A stretch of 64,000 nucleotides of DNA from Candidatus Versatilivorator sp. (GCA_965207735.1 OZ242296.1:704001-768000); one strand, 5' to 3'. Numbered from the stretch's first letter, positions 48,045 to 58,810 are shown. Program-made: numbers and translations. Notes: a model not told the origin generated them from the letters alone.

Positions 48045-49130
48045 GTGGCAAAACTCTCATGGAGGATGCGTCGGCCGAAGAATCCTGCCCGAACGGCACC
48101 GGTTCTACTGCTGATGGTATTGGCTGCCTCCGCTTCCGTCCTCGCTCAGCAGGAGAAGAAAGCGGCTCCCCGGCCCAAGACCAGGGCGGAATTCGAGGCC
48201 TATACGCAACTGTACAATGAGAAGGACATGCGCCGGAAAGCCCTTCTGGCCGGGAAATTCATTGGGGACTTCCCTCGGTCCGACTTCCGTCTGGCGGCTT
48301 TTCAGTTGGAGATTCAGGCCAATGAGGCGTTGGGCAACCATGAAAAGCTGGTTTCGGCCGGAGAAAAGGCGCTGCAAGAGTTTCCGCAGGCCGACAAGCA
48401 GTCGCAGATCTACATACTTCAGCGCATGATCCGTGGCTACCAGCAGCTCAACAATTCTCGCAAGACCATAGAGGCGGGCGAGAGGCTGCTAAAGGTGGAG
48501 CCCCGCCATCTGTCGACTCTTCTCACTCTTTCCATGGTGCTTCCAAGGTTCCTGCCCGAGGATGAGACGGGCCGCGCCCGGCAACTGGACAGAGCCCTGG
48601 AAATCGCCAACCGGGCGCAGCGTCGGGTCGATGCCATTGTCAATGGACCCAAACCGTCAGCACTGACGCCCGCCCAATGGGTCAGGCAAAAGGCGGATCT
48701 GCCGGCCCGGGTGCACGCCGCCCTGGGCCTGATTCACTTCAACCGCAAGGACTATCCGAGTTCCATCGAGGAGTACGAGAAGGCGACCACCTTGTCCAGA
48801 GGCGAGAGCGTCGACTTCTACCGGCTAGGGATCGCCTACTACTACCAGGCGCTGGCCGTCAGCCAGGAACTGGCCGAATGGGACGCGAAAGAAAACCCGG
48901 ATACCGTTGCCAAAGAGGAAAAGGAGGCTCAGTTCGCTTCCTGGAGAGACAAGGCCATCACCGCCCTGGCAAAGGTGATCGTGTTGAAGGACGATGCTCC
49001 CGCGCAGGTAGTCGAGTCTGCCACGGCTCAGTTGGAGCGGCTCTACAAAAGCAGGAACAACGACTCTCTGGATGGATTGGAAAGCGTGCTCGCCGAGGCT
49101 GCCAGAGAATTGGGGAGTGGGGTCCAGTGA
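48045..49130 (+). CDS. exported TPR-like protein
   Basis: AGGAGG RBS with GTG; signal peptide ending VLA|QQ; helical repeats (ALGLIHF..DY..SIEEYEKA, FYRLGIAY). Confidence 0.8.
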   Translation: MAKLSWRMRRPKNPARTAPVLLLMVLAASASVLAQQEKKAAPRPKTRAEFEAYTQLYNEKDMRRKALLAGKFIGDFPRSDFRLAAFQLEIQANEALGNHEKLVSAGEKALQEFPQADKQSQIYILQRMIRGYQQLNNSRKTIEAGERLLKVEPRHLSTLLTLSMVLPRFLPEDETGRARQLDRALEIANRAQRRVDAIVNGPKPSALTPAQWVRQKADLPARVHAALGLIHFNRKDYPSSIEEYEKATTLSRGESVDFYRLGIAYYYQALAVSQELAEWDAKENPDTVAKEEKEAQFASWRDKAITALAKVIVLKDDAPAQVVESATAQLERLYKSRNNDSLDGLESVLAEAARELGSGVQ

Positions 49131-49150
49131 CCTTCCGTTCCGGGAAGGCG

Positions 49151-49729
49151 CTACGGAGACAGGTTATTCAGCAATCGGGATCGGTCCATGGGAAAAGGCG
49201 TTTGCACCAGCACTGAAAAACGCCGGCGTGGATCGGATTGGTGGGTCGCCGAATAGTTGTTCCGGCCGAACAACCCGTCGCAAAAACAGCCAATTTCAGG
49301 GTTCAGTGAAGCGTAGGTTTCCTCGTTGTTGGGTGCCAGCAGTCGATCATTGACGCCAAGTTCGAATTCCCGGCTGTCGAAGCCAAGCTTCCCTGCCAGG
49401 CGTCCATCTTCCTCCAATTTCCTGCAGGTCGTCAGCACCGCCCGCAAGGCCTGGCGGAAGCGATCCTGGTTTGCGCCCCCAAGCCTTGCCTTGCGATTGT
49501 AGCGAACGCCAAGGCGGTTATCGCTCCAGTCGAGGCTGTAATCGGCTTCGTGGCCCACCAGGAGAATGCCGGGTCCGGCAGGCACATGGCGGTAGTCGGC
49601 CACGTCCACCAGGGTTTCCTCGCAACTCTGCTCCCTCACCCAGTCATGAAAGATGGGGATCAAGGGTTCCAGGTCAACCACGCTCGAGTGCTGGAGGTGC
49701 AGCTTCAGGTTGACGTGTTGGATTTCCAT
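49151..49729 (-). CDS. conserved hypothetical protein downstream of the sulfite reductase
   Basis: IPIFHDW, LVDVADYRHVPAGPGILLVGH, NDRLLAPN; 10 bp from the upstream gene's stop. Confidence 0.8.
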   Translation of the reverse strand: MEIQHVNLKLHLQHSSVVDLEPLIPIFHDWVREQSCEETLVDVADYRHVPAGPGILLVGHEADYSLDWSDNRLGVRYNRKARLGGANQDRFRQALRAVLTTCRKLEEDGRLAGKLGFDSREFELGVNDRLLAPNNEETYASLNPEIGCFCDGLFGRNNYSATHQSDPRRRFSVLVQTPFPMDRSRLLNNLSP

Positions 49730-49739
49730 TCCGGGTGGT

Positions 49740-52007
49740 TTAAGCGGTGGCGGCGCTGGGGACAAGACCCATACGGTTGAAACAACCGTGGCAGGCCTCG
49801 ATAAAGAGCTGGGCCTCCTCGATCAGGCGTCGGGAAGATTCCGGCGTGTGGCCGCTTCCTGAACTTCTATGCGCGGCGAAGAAGTAATTGGCGAACTTGG
49901 GACCGGCAAAGGGATCGAAAATCTTCTCGGTGTCGAAATACCGGGTGCGGAACTCTTTCACGACTTCGTCCCGATCGTCGGGAACATCCAGGAACTCTAT
50001 TTTAATCAGTCCCCTGGCTGCATGGAGCATGGCGCCGTAGGCCGTCTCGCCCGCCTGCTGGAAGTCTCCCTCCTCGGCAAACACCTGGGCCTCGAAGACT
50101 TCGCGTTCAGCTGCCGCCAGGTCGAATTCCACGGCGGTGACCACTTCTCCAGCGCACTCGCCCTTACCGATGTCGCTTATGCTGTATTCTCTAGGGTCCC
50201 CCCAGTCACTGAAGTTGGATCTGTCGGCTTCATAGCCGGGAATCTTGGCCAGATCCTCCAACAGCTTGCGGACCTGCAGTTTTCCGGTGCGTTTGATGAA
50301 GTTCTGGAAGCTCTCTCCCTGGTTGCGATTGCTGACGTAGCGCTCTCCCAGACGGGAAACCACCTCGGGAATATTCTTGGAGGGAATGGCTACGATGGGG
50401 AGGCCGTAGGAGCCGGCGTTTTGTGTCCACTGGCCTCCCAGCACCACCTGAAAATGGGGCACGGCGTAACCGCCGACCTTCCGGCTCACTCCGTAAAAAC
50501 CCAGATCCGCGATGTGATGCTGCCCGCAACTGTTGAAGCACCCGCTGACCTTGATGTGCAGGTCCTGGATGGCTTGATCCATCTCCGCGCTCTTGCTGGC
50601 CAACCGGTGTTGGAGCTCGGCAGCCAGCCCCCTCGATGAAGAAATCCCAAGCTTGCAGGTGTCGGTTCCGGGACAGGCCACCACATCGACGACGTTACTC
50701 GCCCCGGGCCGGGCCAATTGGGCCGATTCCAGGGCCTGGTAGAGTTCGGCAAGGTCGCATTGACGCACCCAGCGCAGGACGACGTTTTGTTCCACGGTCG
50801 TGCGTACCGTATCTGGAGTGAATCGACGAGCAATGTCCGCCAGGGCGCGAAGTTGATCGGCGCTGATATCCCCCAAGGGGAGGGTGATGGTAGCGACCAC
50901 AAACCCCGTCTGTTTTTGCGCCCGTACGTTGGTCTTCAACCACTGCCGGTATTCGGGGGAACCCGACTCGGAAAGGTCGCCGGCCGGCTGGGGCGATTCT
51001 TCACCGGAGGCCGCCAGCGCCTCGCTGAGGTATTGCTTCCATCGGGGATCCTTGGGAAGGCGGTCGCGCTCCTCCAGCACCAGGGCCTTGAACTTCTCAA
51101 TGCCCAGGTCGTGCACCAGGAACTTGATTCGGGCCCTGGCTCGATTCTTCTTCTCGCCCAGTCGCGCAAACACGCGGGCGATCGCCTGTGCGGTCGGCAG
51201 CAGTTGCTCCGGGGGCAGGAACTCGTCGAAGAGTTTAGCCTGGTAAGGAACGGCCCCCAGCCCTCCGCCGACATACAGTTCAAACCCGCGCACCTCGACC
51301 CCGTTCTCCCGGCGAGTCACGGCAATGGCGCCCAGATCGTGCATGCTGGTCAGCCCACAGGCGTGCTGGCTGCATCCGCTGAATGCCGGTTTGAACTTTC
51401 TGCCGAAGTTCTGGCAGTCGGGGTGGCCGAGCAGGAATCGGGCCAGAGCTTTGGCATAAGGAGTTACATCGAACGCCTCGTCCGGGCAAACTCCCGAAAA
51501 GGGACAGGCGGTGACGTTGCGGACGGAATTGCCGCAAGCTTCGCGAGTGGTGATTCCGACCGCCGCCAAACGGCGCATCAGGGACGGCGTGTCCTCCATG
51601 TGCACGTAGTGAAGCTGGAAATCCTGCCGGGTGGTGACATGGGCGATGCCGTCGGAGTATTCCTCGGCCAGCTCGGCCATCACCTCGAGTTGAGCCCCAT
51701 TGAGCCCGCCGTAGGGAATTTTGATTCGCTGCATGCCCGGAGCGTCCCAGAGGGTGTTGGGCCCCTTGGTCGGGTTGGCGGTGGGATACTCCAGGGATCT
51801 GGCCACTTTGCCGTCGTGCCGCTGACCGTTGTCGTAGCGCTGTCCGTAGACGCCGCGACGCAGCCGGGTTTCCGCGAAGAGCCGCTCATCCACCTTCTCC
51901 TGTCGCCGCAAGTCGATCTCGGTTTCGAAGATATCGATCTCCCGGTTCAGGGGTTCGTCGATGCCGCCCGCAAGTCGTTCTTTCCACAGATGGTTGGAAG
52001 CCTTCAT
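49740..52007 (-). CDS. ferredoxin-dependent sulfite/nitrite reductase (siroheme, 4Fe-4S) with a C-terminal helical extension
   Basis: RRGVYGQR, HVTTRQDFQLH, CGNSVRN, RKFK, CPGTDTC, SGCFNSC. Confidence 0.93.
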   Translation of the reverse strand: MKASNHLWKERLAGGIDEPLNREIDIFETEIDLRRQEKVDERLFAETRLRRGVYGQRYDNGQRHDGKVARSLEYPTANPTKGPNTLWDAPGMQRIKIPYGGLNGAQLEVMAELAEEYSDGIAHVTTRQDFQLHYVHMEDTPSLMRRLAAVGITTREACGNSVRNVTACPFSGVCPDEAFDVTPYAKALARFLLGHPDCQNFGRKFKPAFSGCSQHACGLTSMHDLGAIAVTRRENGVEVRGFELYVGGGLGAVPYQAKLFDEFLPPEQLLPTAQAIARVFARLGEKKNRARARIKFLVHDLGIEKFKALVLEERDRLPKDPRWKQYLSEALAASGEESPQPAGDLSESGSPEYRQWLKTNVRAQKQTGFVVATITLPLGDISADQLRALADIARRFTPDTVRTTVEQNVVLRWVRQCDLAELYQALESAQLARPGASNVVDVVACPGTDTCKLGISSSRGLAAELQHRLASKSAEMDQAIQDLHIKVSGCFNSCGQHHIADLGFYGVSRKVGGYAVPHFQVVLGGQWTQNAGSYGLPIVAIPSKNIPEVVSRLGERYVSNRNQGESFQNFIKRTGKLQVRKLLEDLAKIPGYEADRSNFSDWGDPREYSISDIGKGECAGEVVTAVEFDLAAAEREVFEAQVFAEEGDFQQAGETAYGAMLHAARGLIKIEFLDVPDDRDEVVKEFRTRYFDTEKIFDPFAGPKFANYFFAAHRSSGSGHTPESSRRLIEEAQLFIEACHGCFNRMGLVPSAATA

Positions 52008-52233
52008 TCAGAGTACTCCCTGCCCTCGGTGAAAATGATCGCGCCCGTGGTTGGAGCCGAGATGCCGTTCTCCCCAAGGTCGCTCGGAGAGCCTATTCTA
52101 TAGTCAGGCCGAGCTTTTTGCAAAATTCGCAACCGGGCAAGTCATTTTGCCGATACACCTTATGTTCTGCCTCTTTCAATATCGGGTGCGACCTGGCAAG
52201 AAATGCGGGTTCACCACAAAAAGCACAAAACGA

Positions 52234-52446
52234 ATGAGCCTTTTGCAAAATTCCGCAGCCAACCGTTTTATGGAGGCTCGGAACAGGTTTTGATTCACAT
52301 GGATGCACAGGATGCACAGGATTTTTTCAGGAAACGGCTAGCTGGTAATCCTGAGCATCCGCAAATCCGCACACGATCATTGCCGGAGCCGGCTTCTCGT
52401 GCAGCAGCGTCCCGTCCTGGTTATCCTGTGCATCCATGTTAATTAT
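52234..52446. repeat. direct repeat of 47645-47856 (nonamer-IR relic)
   Basis: Minus strand reads MDAQDNQDGTLLHEKPAPAMIVCGFA. Confidence 0.85.
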
Positions 52447-52675
52447 GAGCCTTATGCAAATATCGCAATCGGGAATGACATTGCGGCGGCAAGGATGATG
52501 TGCTGCAGGCTCCAGCATTCACCACGATAAGCACAAGAGACAACAGAAACCACAAAAAGCACAAAAGGCACAAGACGAGTTTCTTGATTTCGAGACTTGC
52601 CCATCCGATGGTTCTTTTTGTGTTTTTGTGGCCATTCCCGGCAAGGGTCCGGCTGCCGATTCTTGCCAACGCCTC
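52447..52675. mobile_element. MITE-like element, inverted copy of 16992-17229
   Basis: 229 bp, i.e. 238 bp minus one nonamer unit; one TIR is degenerate. Confidence 0.8.
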
Positions 52676-52703
52676 GGCTGGCTGTCATGTTTTGGCACCG
52701 GAA

Positions 52704-54698
52704 TCAGTCTCGGTTCTCCCGCGCCCGGGTGCCGGCCTCCAGGGTCTCGACAATGGTCTCGACATCGAAGACGCAGCCACCCCAGGTTCCTCCGCTCACC
52801 TGTTGCAGGGCCGCCCAGAGTCGCGAATCGCCGGGAAGCCGGCTGTCGTGAGAGAGGTGGGTCGGCACTGGCCGCACTTCCAGGATTTTGCTGCCGGCCT
52901 CGATGCCAAGTACCTTTCCCTCGCAGCCCACCAGGTCGACACGTCCCTCCAAGCGATTGCGATCGATGACAATTTGAATGATGTCGTCGTCTCTGACCTT
53001 TCCGATTGGCCCCCCGGCCAGAGCCTCTGGGCCGACATGGCCGATACAGGCACCGGTGGACACTCCCGAAAAGCGGGCGTCGGTTACCACCGCGATGTGT
53101 TTCCCGAAGGAGAGGTGCTTCAGTGCGGAAGTGATCTGGTAAATTTCCTCCATCCCCGATCCGGCCGGGCCGCGACAGATCAAGACCAGGATTTCCCCGG
53201 GTTTGACCCGGTCCTGCTGCCGGCTCTTGATGGCTGCGATGGCATCGGTCTCCCGGGTAAATACCCTGGCCGGACCAACCTTGCGGTAAACGCCGTCGGG
53301 GTCGACCACCGAGGGATCGATAGCCGTGCTCTTGATTACCGAGCCCTCCGGCGCCAGGTTGCCGCCAGGAAAGGTCACGGTGCTGGTCAATCCCCTCCGG
53401 TGGGCCTCCGTGGGGCTCATGATCACTTCCTCGGGGTCGACGCCGTCCAGTTCCCCAAGCTTGCGGCGCAAGTGACGGCGACGGTCGGATCTTTCCCACC
53501 AATCCAGGACCTCTCCCAGGGACAGCCCGGAAACGGTTTGGGCATCCAGGTGCAGGAGATCGAGGTCTCGCAGGTGCAGCATGACTTCCGGGACGCCTCC
53601 CGCCAGGAATACCCGGACGGTCGGATGGTGTCGGGGGCCGTTGGGCAGCACGTCCACGATGCGTGGCACCCGTCGGTTCATTGCGGCCCAGTTCTCCGCT
53701 GTCGGACGCCGAAGCCCGGCCGCGTGGGCGATGGCAGGAAGGTGCAGGAGCAGGTTGGTGGACCCGCCAAAGGCAGCATGCACCGCCATGGCGTTGTGAA
53801 TGGATTTGTCGGTCAACAGCTGGCCGATGGTGTGTTCCGCCTTGTCCAGAAGCAGCAGCGCTCGGGCTGACCGGCGAGCCATGTCGAGCCAGATCTCCTG
53901 TCCCGAGGGAGCCAGGGCTGAATGCGGCAGAGCCAGCCCCAGGGCTTCCCCCACGACCTGCGCGGTTGCCGCGGTCCCCAGAAACTGGCATCCTCCGCCC
54001 GGAGAAGCGCAGGCTCTGCAGAGAGCCTCGGCGGCATCTTCCAGGGTGGCTTCTCCGTGGGCGAAGCGAGATCCAATGGATTGGACGGTGCCGGCATCCT
54101 CTCCCTCGGTGGGGGGGAGCGTGACCCCTCCGGGAACCAGGACACAGGGTAGATCCCGCATAGAGGCCAGGGCCATCATCATGGCCGGCAGTCCCTTGTC
54201 GCAGGTGGCGACTCCCAGGACGCCGCTCCGGGTGGGAAGCGAGCGAATCTGACGCCGAAAGATCTGGGCGGCGTCGTTGCGGTAAGGGAGGCTGTCCATC
54301 ATTCCCGGCGTGCCCTGGGTACGACCATCGCAGGGGTCGGTGCAGAAGGCCGCATAGGGAATGCAGCCGGCGGCGCGGAGCTCTTCCGCGGCCGCCTGCA
54401 TCAACAGCCCCACCTCCCAATGCCCGGTGTGGTAGCCGAGAGCCAGGGGACGGCCGTCCGGAGCCCGGATGCCCCCCTGCGTACTCAGGATGAGGAACTC
54501 GCGTCGACCCAGTTCCGCCGGATTCCAGCCCATTCCCGCATTTTGACTGAAGGCGAAGAGGTTACCGCTGGGAGCATGCCGGAGCAGTTCTTCACTGATC
54601 GGGACGCTGCCTTCCGGCCCACGGGCCTTGGTCCGAATTTCGAACAGGCTCGGATCGTTGGAATCGAGAATGCGGTTGTCAATTTCCCCAGGGCTCAT
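52704..54698 (-). CDS. YjhG/YagF-family sugar-acid (xylonate) dehydratase, IlvD/Edd superfamily
   Basis: [57 protein letters not shown]. Confidence 0.93.
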   Translation of the reverse strand: MSPGEIDNRILDSNDPSLFEIRTKARGPEGSVPISEELLRHAPSGNLFAFSQNAGMGWNPAELGRREFLILSTQGGIRAPDGRPLALGYHTGHWEVGLLMQAAAEELRAAGCIPYAAFCTDPCDGRTQGTPGMMDSLPYRNDAAQIFRRQIRSLPTRSGVLGVATCDKGLPAMMMALASMRDLPCVLVPGGVTLPPTEGEDAGTVQSIGSRFAHGEATLEDAAEALCRACASPGGGCQFLGTAATAQVVGEALGLALPHSALAPSGQEIWLDMARRSARALLLLDKAEHTIGQLLTDKSIHNAMAVHAAFGGSTNLLLHLPAIAHAAGLRRPTAENWAAMNRRVPRIVDVLPNGPRHHPTVRVFLAGGVPEVMLHLRDLDLLHLDAQTVSGLSLGEVLDWWERSDRRRHLRRKLGELDGVDPEEVIMSPTEAHRRGLTSTVTFPGGNLAPEGSVIKSTAIDPSVVDPDGVYRKVGPARVFTRETDAIAAIKSRQQDRVKPGEILVLICRGPAGSGMEEIYQITSALKHLSFGKHIAVVTDARFSGVSTGACIGHVGPEALAGGPIGKVRDDDIIQIVIDRNRLEGRVDLVGCEGKVLGIEAGSKILEVRPVPTHLSHDSRLPGDSRLWAALQQVSGGTWGGCVFDVETIVETLEAGTRARENRD

Positions 54699-54727
54699 GG
54701 CGAGCCTCCTCCATCCTTTTTGGTTTG

Positions 54728-54920
54728 TTTCAGGCAAGCCGGGCCCCCGCCCTGCTGTGCGGATCATACGAAAGTGAAACAATCAGAAATCGATCAACCT
54801 TTCTCGACCTTGGCACCCCGTCGCGGTCAACCTCAGCGCCTTAGTGTCCCTTCGTCGTTCTTCGTGCCCCTTCGTGGAAATGTCTTTTTCTTTTGTCGTT
54901 TGTCGGTTGTTTCAGACAAG
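54728..54920. repeat. ~195-bp dispersed repeat with TTTCAG(G/A)CAAG terminal direct repeats; empty intron target
   Basis: Copy of 17390-17584; site ttcg|tgcccc at 54864/54865. Confidence 0.85.
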
Positions 54921-54940
54921 ACAAGTCCTCGGGTCCCGGA

Positions 54941-55588
54941 TCAGGAGGTCCGGCCTTTTGCGACTTCGGCCACGAACGCCGCCGCGCGGCGGCGCAAATC
55001 CTCCATGTTGCCTGAGTCGAGCAGCTTCTGGCTGACCAGGCTGCTCCCAACCCCCAGGACGGCAGCGCCGCTTCTGACGAAGTCGGCTGCCGTATCCAGG
55101 TTCACGCCTCCGACCGGGACGATCTCCAGTTGAGGCAGCGGCGCCCGAACGGCCTTGAGGTAAGCTGGGCCGCCGATGTCCGCCGGAAACAGCTTGATCA
55201 TGGAGGCGCCCGCTTCCCAGGCGACCAGCATTTCGGTGGGCGTGTAGCAGCCCGGGAACACCGGGATGCCGTAACGACGACAGAGCGCCACCATGTCCGG
55301 ATCAAAGGTTGGGGCCACCACGAAGTCGGCTCCGGCCAGAATGGCGGCACGAGCCGTTTCAGGGTCCAATACCGTGCCCGCGCCGAAAAGGGTTTCCCCC
55401 CGATATCGCTGGCTGGCGGCCCGGATGGTCTCGATGGCCCCCGGGGTGGTCATGGTGACTTCAATGGCCCGCACGCCGCCCGCCCTTATGGCGTCGGCAG
55501 CGACGATCAACTGGTCGGAACTGTCCGCCCGCATGATGGCGATCACCCCTGTCTTCCTCATCAGGTCCAGTTTTTGTTCCTTGGTCAT
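54941..55588 (-). CDS. eda: KDPG/KHG aldolase
   Basis: IEVTMTTPGA, GAGTVLD, PGCYTPTE, IKLFPA, VPVGGV. Confidence 0.93.
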   Translation of the reverse strand: MTKEQKLDLMRKTGVIAIMRADSSDQLIVAADAIRAGGVRAIEVTMTTPGAIETIRAASQRYRGETLFGAGTVLDPETARAAILAGADFVVAPTFDPDMVALCRRYGIPVFPGCYTPTEMLVAWEAGASMIKLFPADIGGPAYLKAVRAPLPQLEIVPVGGVNLDTAADFVRSGAAVLGVGSSLVSQKLLDSGNMEDLRRRAAAFVAEVAKGRTS

Positions 55589-55708
55589 TGTGAAAGCCCT
55601 CCGACACGTTTCTTTGCCGGGTCGCAGGCAACCGATCTAGAGACACTCACTTCAACAGCTTGGCAGTCCCATGTTCCAGAATTTCCGGAATAGGCTGTGC
55701 CGCGTCAG

Positions 55709-56863
55709 CTAGCGGGAGGTCCGTTTCCCGCCGCCCAGCACGTCCGATCTCAGCAGCGCTTGTACCTCCGCCTTGTCGACAATGGGTAGATCGAACATCA
55801 GGGTCTGCTTCAAGCGGGTGGCCGCGTCTCCAGTCAGAATTCCCTTCTCCATTCCTTCCCGGCTGAATCCCGAGGTGAGCAGGCCATAGTAGAATCCCGC
55901 GTTCCAAGTATCCCCGCCACCCAGCCTGTCCCACAAGGTGATGGGCCTGACGGCAGGCGAACGAAAGAAACGGCCGTGGGAGTCGATGGCTGCCGATTCC
56001 CAGCGATGTTGCTCGAAGGTATCGGGATAGCGGATGGTGATGGCGACCATCCGGGCACGAAACCGGTCCCGTACCTGGCCGGCGAAGTTACGAAGATCCT
56101 CATCGTCGATGGGACCCAAGTCGCCGTCAACGATCTGCTTGGCGGAACAACTTCCCAGGCTCATACCGTAGAGCTTGGCCATGTCTTCAATAGTGGTGAT
56201 GAGCACGTCCACGTGGTCGGTGGCAATGGGAGTCAGCACCTTACGGGCCTCCTCGGGAGACCACAACGTAGCTCTGTAGTTGAAGTCCATTCCAACCAAA
56301 CAGTTAGAAGGCTTGTTCTCAAGTGCTTCTTGGAGTGCTTCCAGGTTGTAGTTGCGGTCGTATCGGCTATGTCCGGCCAATCCGAAGGTGATTCCGGAGG
56401 TGTGGAACAGCCGGGCGCCTCTCAGAGCCTCCTGCCAATTCACCATCCCCGGACCCAATTTGGAGGCCGCAGAAAACATGCGCTGGTAGATTCCGATGTT
56501 TCGCCGGGGAGTGCGACCGATTTCATAGATCAAGCGACCGATGGGTTCGGTCTTGGGAGCCCAGACCATGCCGCCGGTGTCAATGCCCTGCTCTCGAGCG
56601 GCATTTCGCACCGCGTGCCCGTAAGGGTTTGCCGGAATCCGGGTGATGTAGGCGGAGGGAATTCCGAACCGGCTGAGGGCGGTGGCTAGCGTAAATTCAC
56701 TGCCCGCCAGCGATAGATGGACCATACGGGTCCGTTCGGGGCGCTCCAGGTCGGCAGGGGTCTCGCGCACCAGCACCTCCCCAAAGGTCACAAAAACCGG
56801 GCCGCCGCCTTGCAACGGAGACAGGTCATCTTTGGTGATATCGAACCTCACCTCTCCTGGCAT
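55709..56863 (-). CDS. PfkB family sugar kinase (2-keto-3-deoxygluconate kinase-like)
   Basis: VTFGEVL, AGSE, HTSGIT, DFNYRATLW, DRLGGGD. Confidence 0.88.
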   Translation of the reverse strand: MPGEVRFDITKDDLSPLQGGGPVFVTFGEVLVRETPADLERPERTRMVHLSLAGSEFTLATALSRFGIPSAYITRIPANPYGHAVRNAAREQGIDTGGMVWAPKTEPIGRLIYEIGRTPRRNIGIYQRMFSAASKLGPGMVNWQEALRGARLFHTSGITFGLAGHSRYDRNYNLEALQEALENKPSNCLVGMDFNYRATLWSPEEARKVLTPIATDHVDVLITTIEDMAKLYGMSLGSCSAKQIVDGDLGPIDDEDLRNFAGQVRDRFRARMVAITIRYPDTFEQHRWESAAIDSHGRFFRSPAVRPITLWDRLGGGDTWNAGFYYGLLTSGFSREGMEKGILTGDAATRLKQTLMFDLPIVDKAEVQALLRSDVLGGGKRTSR

Positions 56864-56906
56864 GGGAATTTTCTCCTGCGGGTCAGGTGTCCTGTCTCAG
56901 GAATAG

Positions 56907-56979
56907 GGACCTTTTGCAAATTTCGTCGTGTAAAGTCCCCTATTCACGTCTCCTACCTGCGGAATCTTGCAAAAGGCTC
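56907..56979. repeat. 73-bp miniature element with CCTTTTGCAA terminal inverted repeats
   Basis: GGACCTTTTGCAA ... TTGCAAAAGGCTC; the same end motif occurs at 16992, 17229, 29960, 36064, 47647, 52111, 52236. Confidence 0.65.
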
Positions 56980-57205
56980 ATCTGCGACGCAATTTCTGAG
57001 ACAGAACACGAGGCATTCCGGCTGGCCGGGATCGACAGCGAGCCGGCCTTTGTCAATCGGAAATCCTTCAGCGTCATTGCCCTTCAGAGTGAAACACGAG
57101 TTGGCCTTGTGAGGGCCGGCAGCGCACCATCATAACCGCAGCACCCAAAAACAGGAAGGACTACAAAGTAGACAGCCGGAGGCAACCGACGCTTCTTGTC
57201 AGGAT

Positions 57206-58810
57206 TCAGCGGCGTAACCATTTCAAAGGGAGAATTGCAATAGGAATGACGGTCAGCAACACGGCCAGACTCAGGGCGAGGCAGAAAAAGGCAAAGACGT
57301 CTCCGTACCGGGAATAGAAGGTGGGCGTTTGTCTGAAGCGGAAAGTACCGTCAAGCACCGTTTGCCGGTCAAGTCCGGTGCTGGACAGGACTCTCCCGAA
57401 GGGGTCGATGACGGCGCTGATCCCGCTGTTGGCAGCCCTCAGGAGGTATCGTCGGTTCTCTATCGCGCGCATTCGGGCCATCAGCAGATGTTGGTGGGGG
57501 GCGGCTGAAGTTCCAAACCAGGTGTCGTTGGTGATGTTGACGAGAACCTCGGCGCCTTCCGCCACAAAACGGCGCACCAGATCGGGCACCACCGCCTCAT
57601 AACAGATGAAAACTCCCACCTTATCTCCGGACTCCAAACGGGAGATCACCACCTGGCTGCCGGGCCGATAGTCCCCTACCCCTGTGGATATCTTTTCGAC
57701 GAAGAAGAAAAGCCAGGACCAGGGAACATATTCCCCGAACGGAACCAAATGCATTTTGTCATACTGGGCGATCAATTCCCCCCGGGGAGAGACTGTCCCT
57801 ACGCTGTTGTACGGGCCTGTATTCCTACCGGTGCCTCCCTCAGGCCAGTCCACGAATCCGAACAGCAGGGTGGATCCGGAAGACTCTGCCAACTCGTTCA
57901 TCCGTTTTCGGAATGACGAGTCTTCATGATAATAGAACGGCGCCGGCGTCTCCGGCCAAATGACAAGCCTTGCCCGTTGCGGTCCGGCAGGGCCTGGGCC
58001 GGCTCTCGAATCCTCGAGCGAGGGCGACAGAGACAACTCGATCAACTCGTCCAGGAGCCGGATTTGCGATCGCGGGTCCCAGGGTTGATCCAGGGGGATA
58101 TGGGTCTGTACCAGGCGGACGTGGGCCTTCCCGATGTCGTCCGACTCGAGCGGTTTCACTCCCACCCACATCAGACCACCCAGGATCGCCAGGGAGAGGG
58201 GCAGGCAAACCATGGCCAGCCTTGACCGGAAGAAAAGGCCGGCGATCAACGCGTTGATCAAAACCACCAGGAAAGAGAGTCCGTAGACCCCGGTGAAGGT
58301 GGCGATCTGAGCCAGGGAGGGGTTGTCCACCAAGGCGTAGCCGGTCAGGCACCAGGGGAAGCCCGTCAGGAGGTATCCCCGAAGATATTCCGTGGAGAGC
58401 CAAAGACCGGGGGCCAGCAGGAAGCAGGACCCGGGAAATCGCAGCGAGAGCCTGGAAAATACCAAGGCGAACAGACTCGGGAACAGAGATAGGTAGAGGA
58501 CCAGCAGAACAAACAGCAAAACGGCTCCCGACCAATGCATGTCGCCGTAACTTTGCAGCACGGCCAGGATCCAGTAGCAGCACCCGGAAAAAAAAGCGAG
58601 ACCGAAGATCCAACCCAGCAGTAGCGCCCGCTGCCAGGAAGTCTCGCGAAAGAGAACGACCAACAGGGGAACCAGCGCGACCCAGCTCACCCATGAAAGG
58701 GAGAATTGGGGGAAGAGAAGGATCTGCAGGAGACCGCTGGCTAGGGCCAGACCACATTTCTGGCCGGTATTAATGATGTGCCGGCGAACCGGCAGGAAAT
58801 GAGGGCTCAA
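57206..58810 (-). CDS. lnt: apolipoprotein N-acyltransferase
   Basis: Multiple TM helices, GFPW, IWPE, YDKMHLVPFGEY, ICYE, NITND.WFG. Confidence 0.96.
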   Translation of the reverse strand: MSPHFLPVRRHIINTGQKCGLALASGLLQILLFPQFSLSWVSWVALVPLLVVLFRETSWQRALLLGWIFGLAFFSGCCYWILAVLQSYGDMHWSGAVLLFVLLVLYLSLFPSLFALVFSRLSLRFPGSCFLLAPGLWLSTEYLRGYLLTGFPWCLTGYALVDNPSLAQIATFTGVYGLSFLVVLINALIAGLFFRSRLAMVCLPLSLAILGGLMWVGVKPLESDDIGKAHVRLVQTHIPLDQPWDPRSQIRLLDELIELSLSPSLEDSRAGPGPAGPQRARLVIWPETPAPFYYHEDSSFRKRMNELAESSGSTLLFGFVDWPEGGTGRNTGPYNSVGTVSPRGELIAQYDKMHLVPFGEYVPWSWLFFFVEKISTGVGDYRPGSQVVISRLESGDKVGVFICYEAVVPDLVRRFVAEGAEVLVNITNDTWFGTSAAPHQHLLMARMRAIENRRYLLRAANSGISAVIDPFGRVLSSTGLDRQTVLDGTFRFRQTPTFYSRYGDVFAFFCLALSLAVLLTVIPIAILPLKWLRR

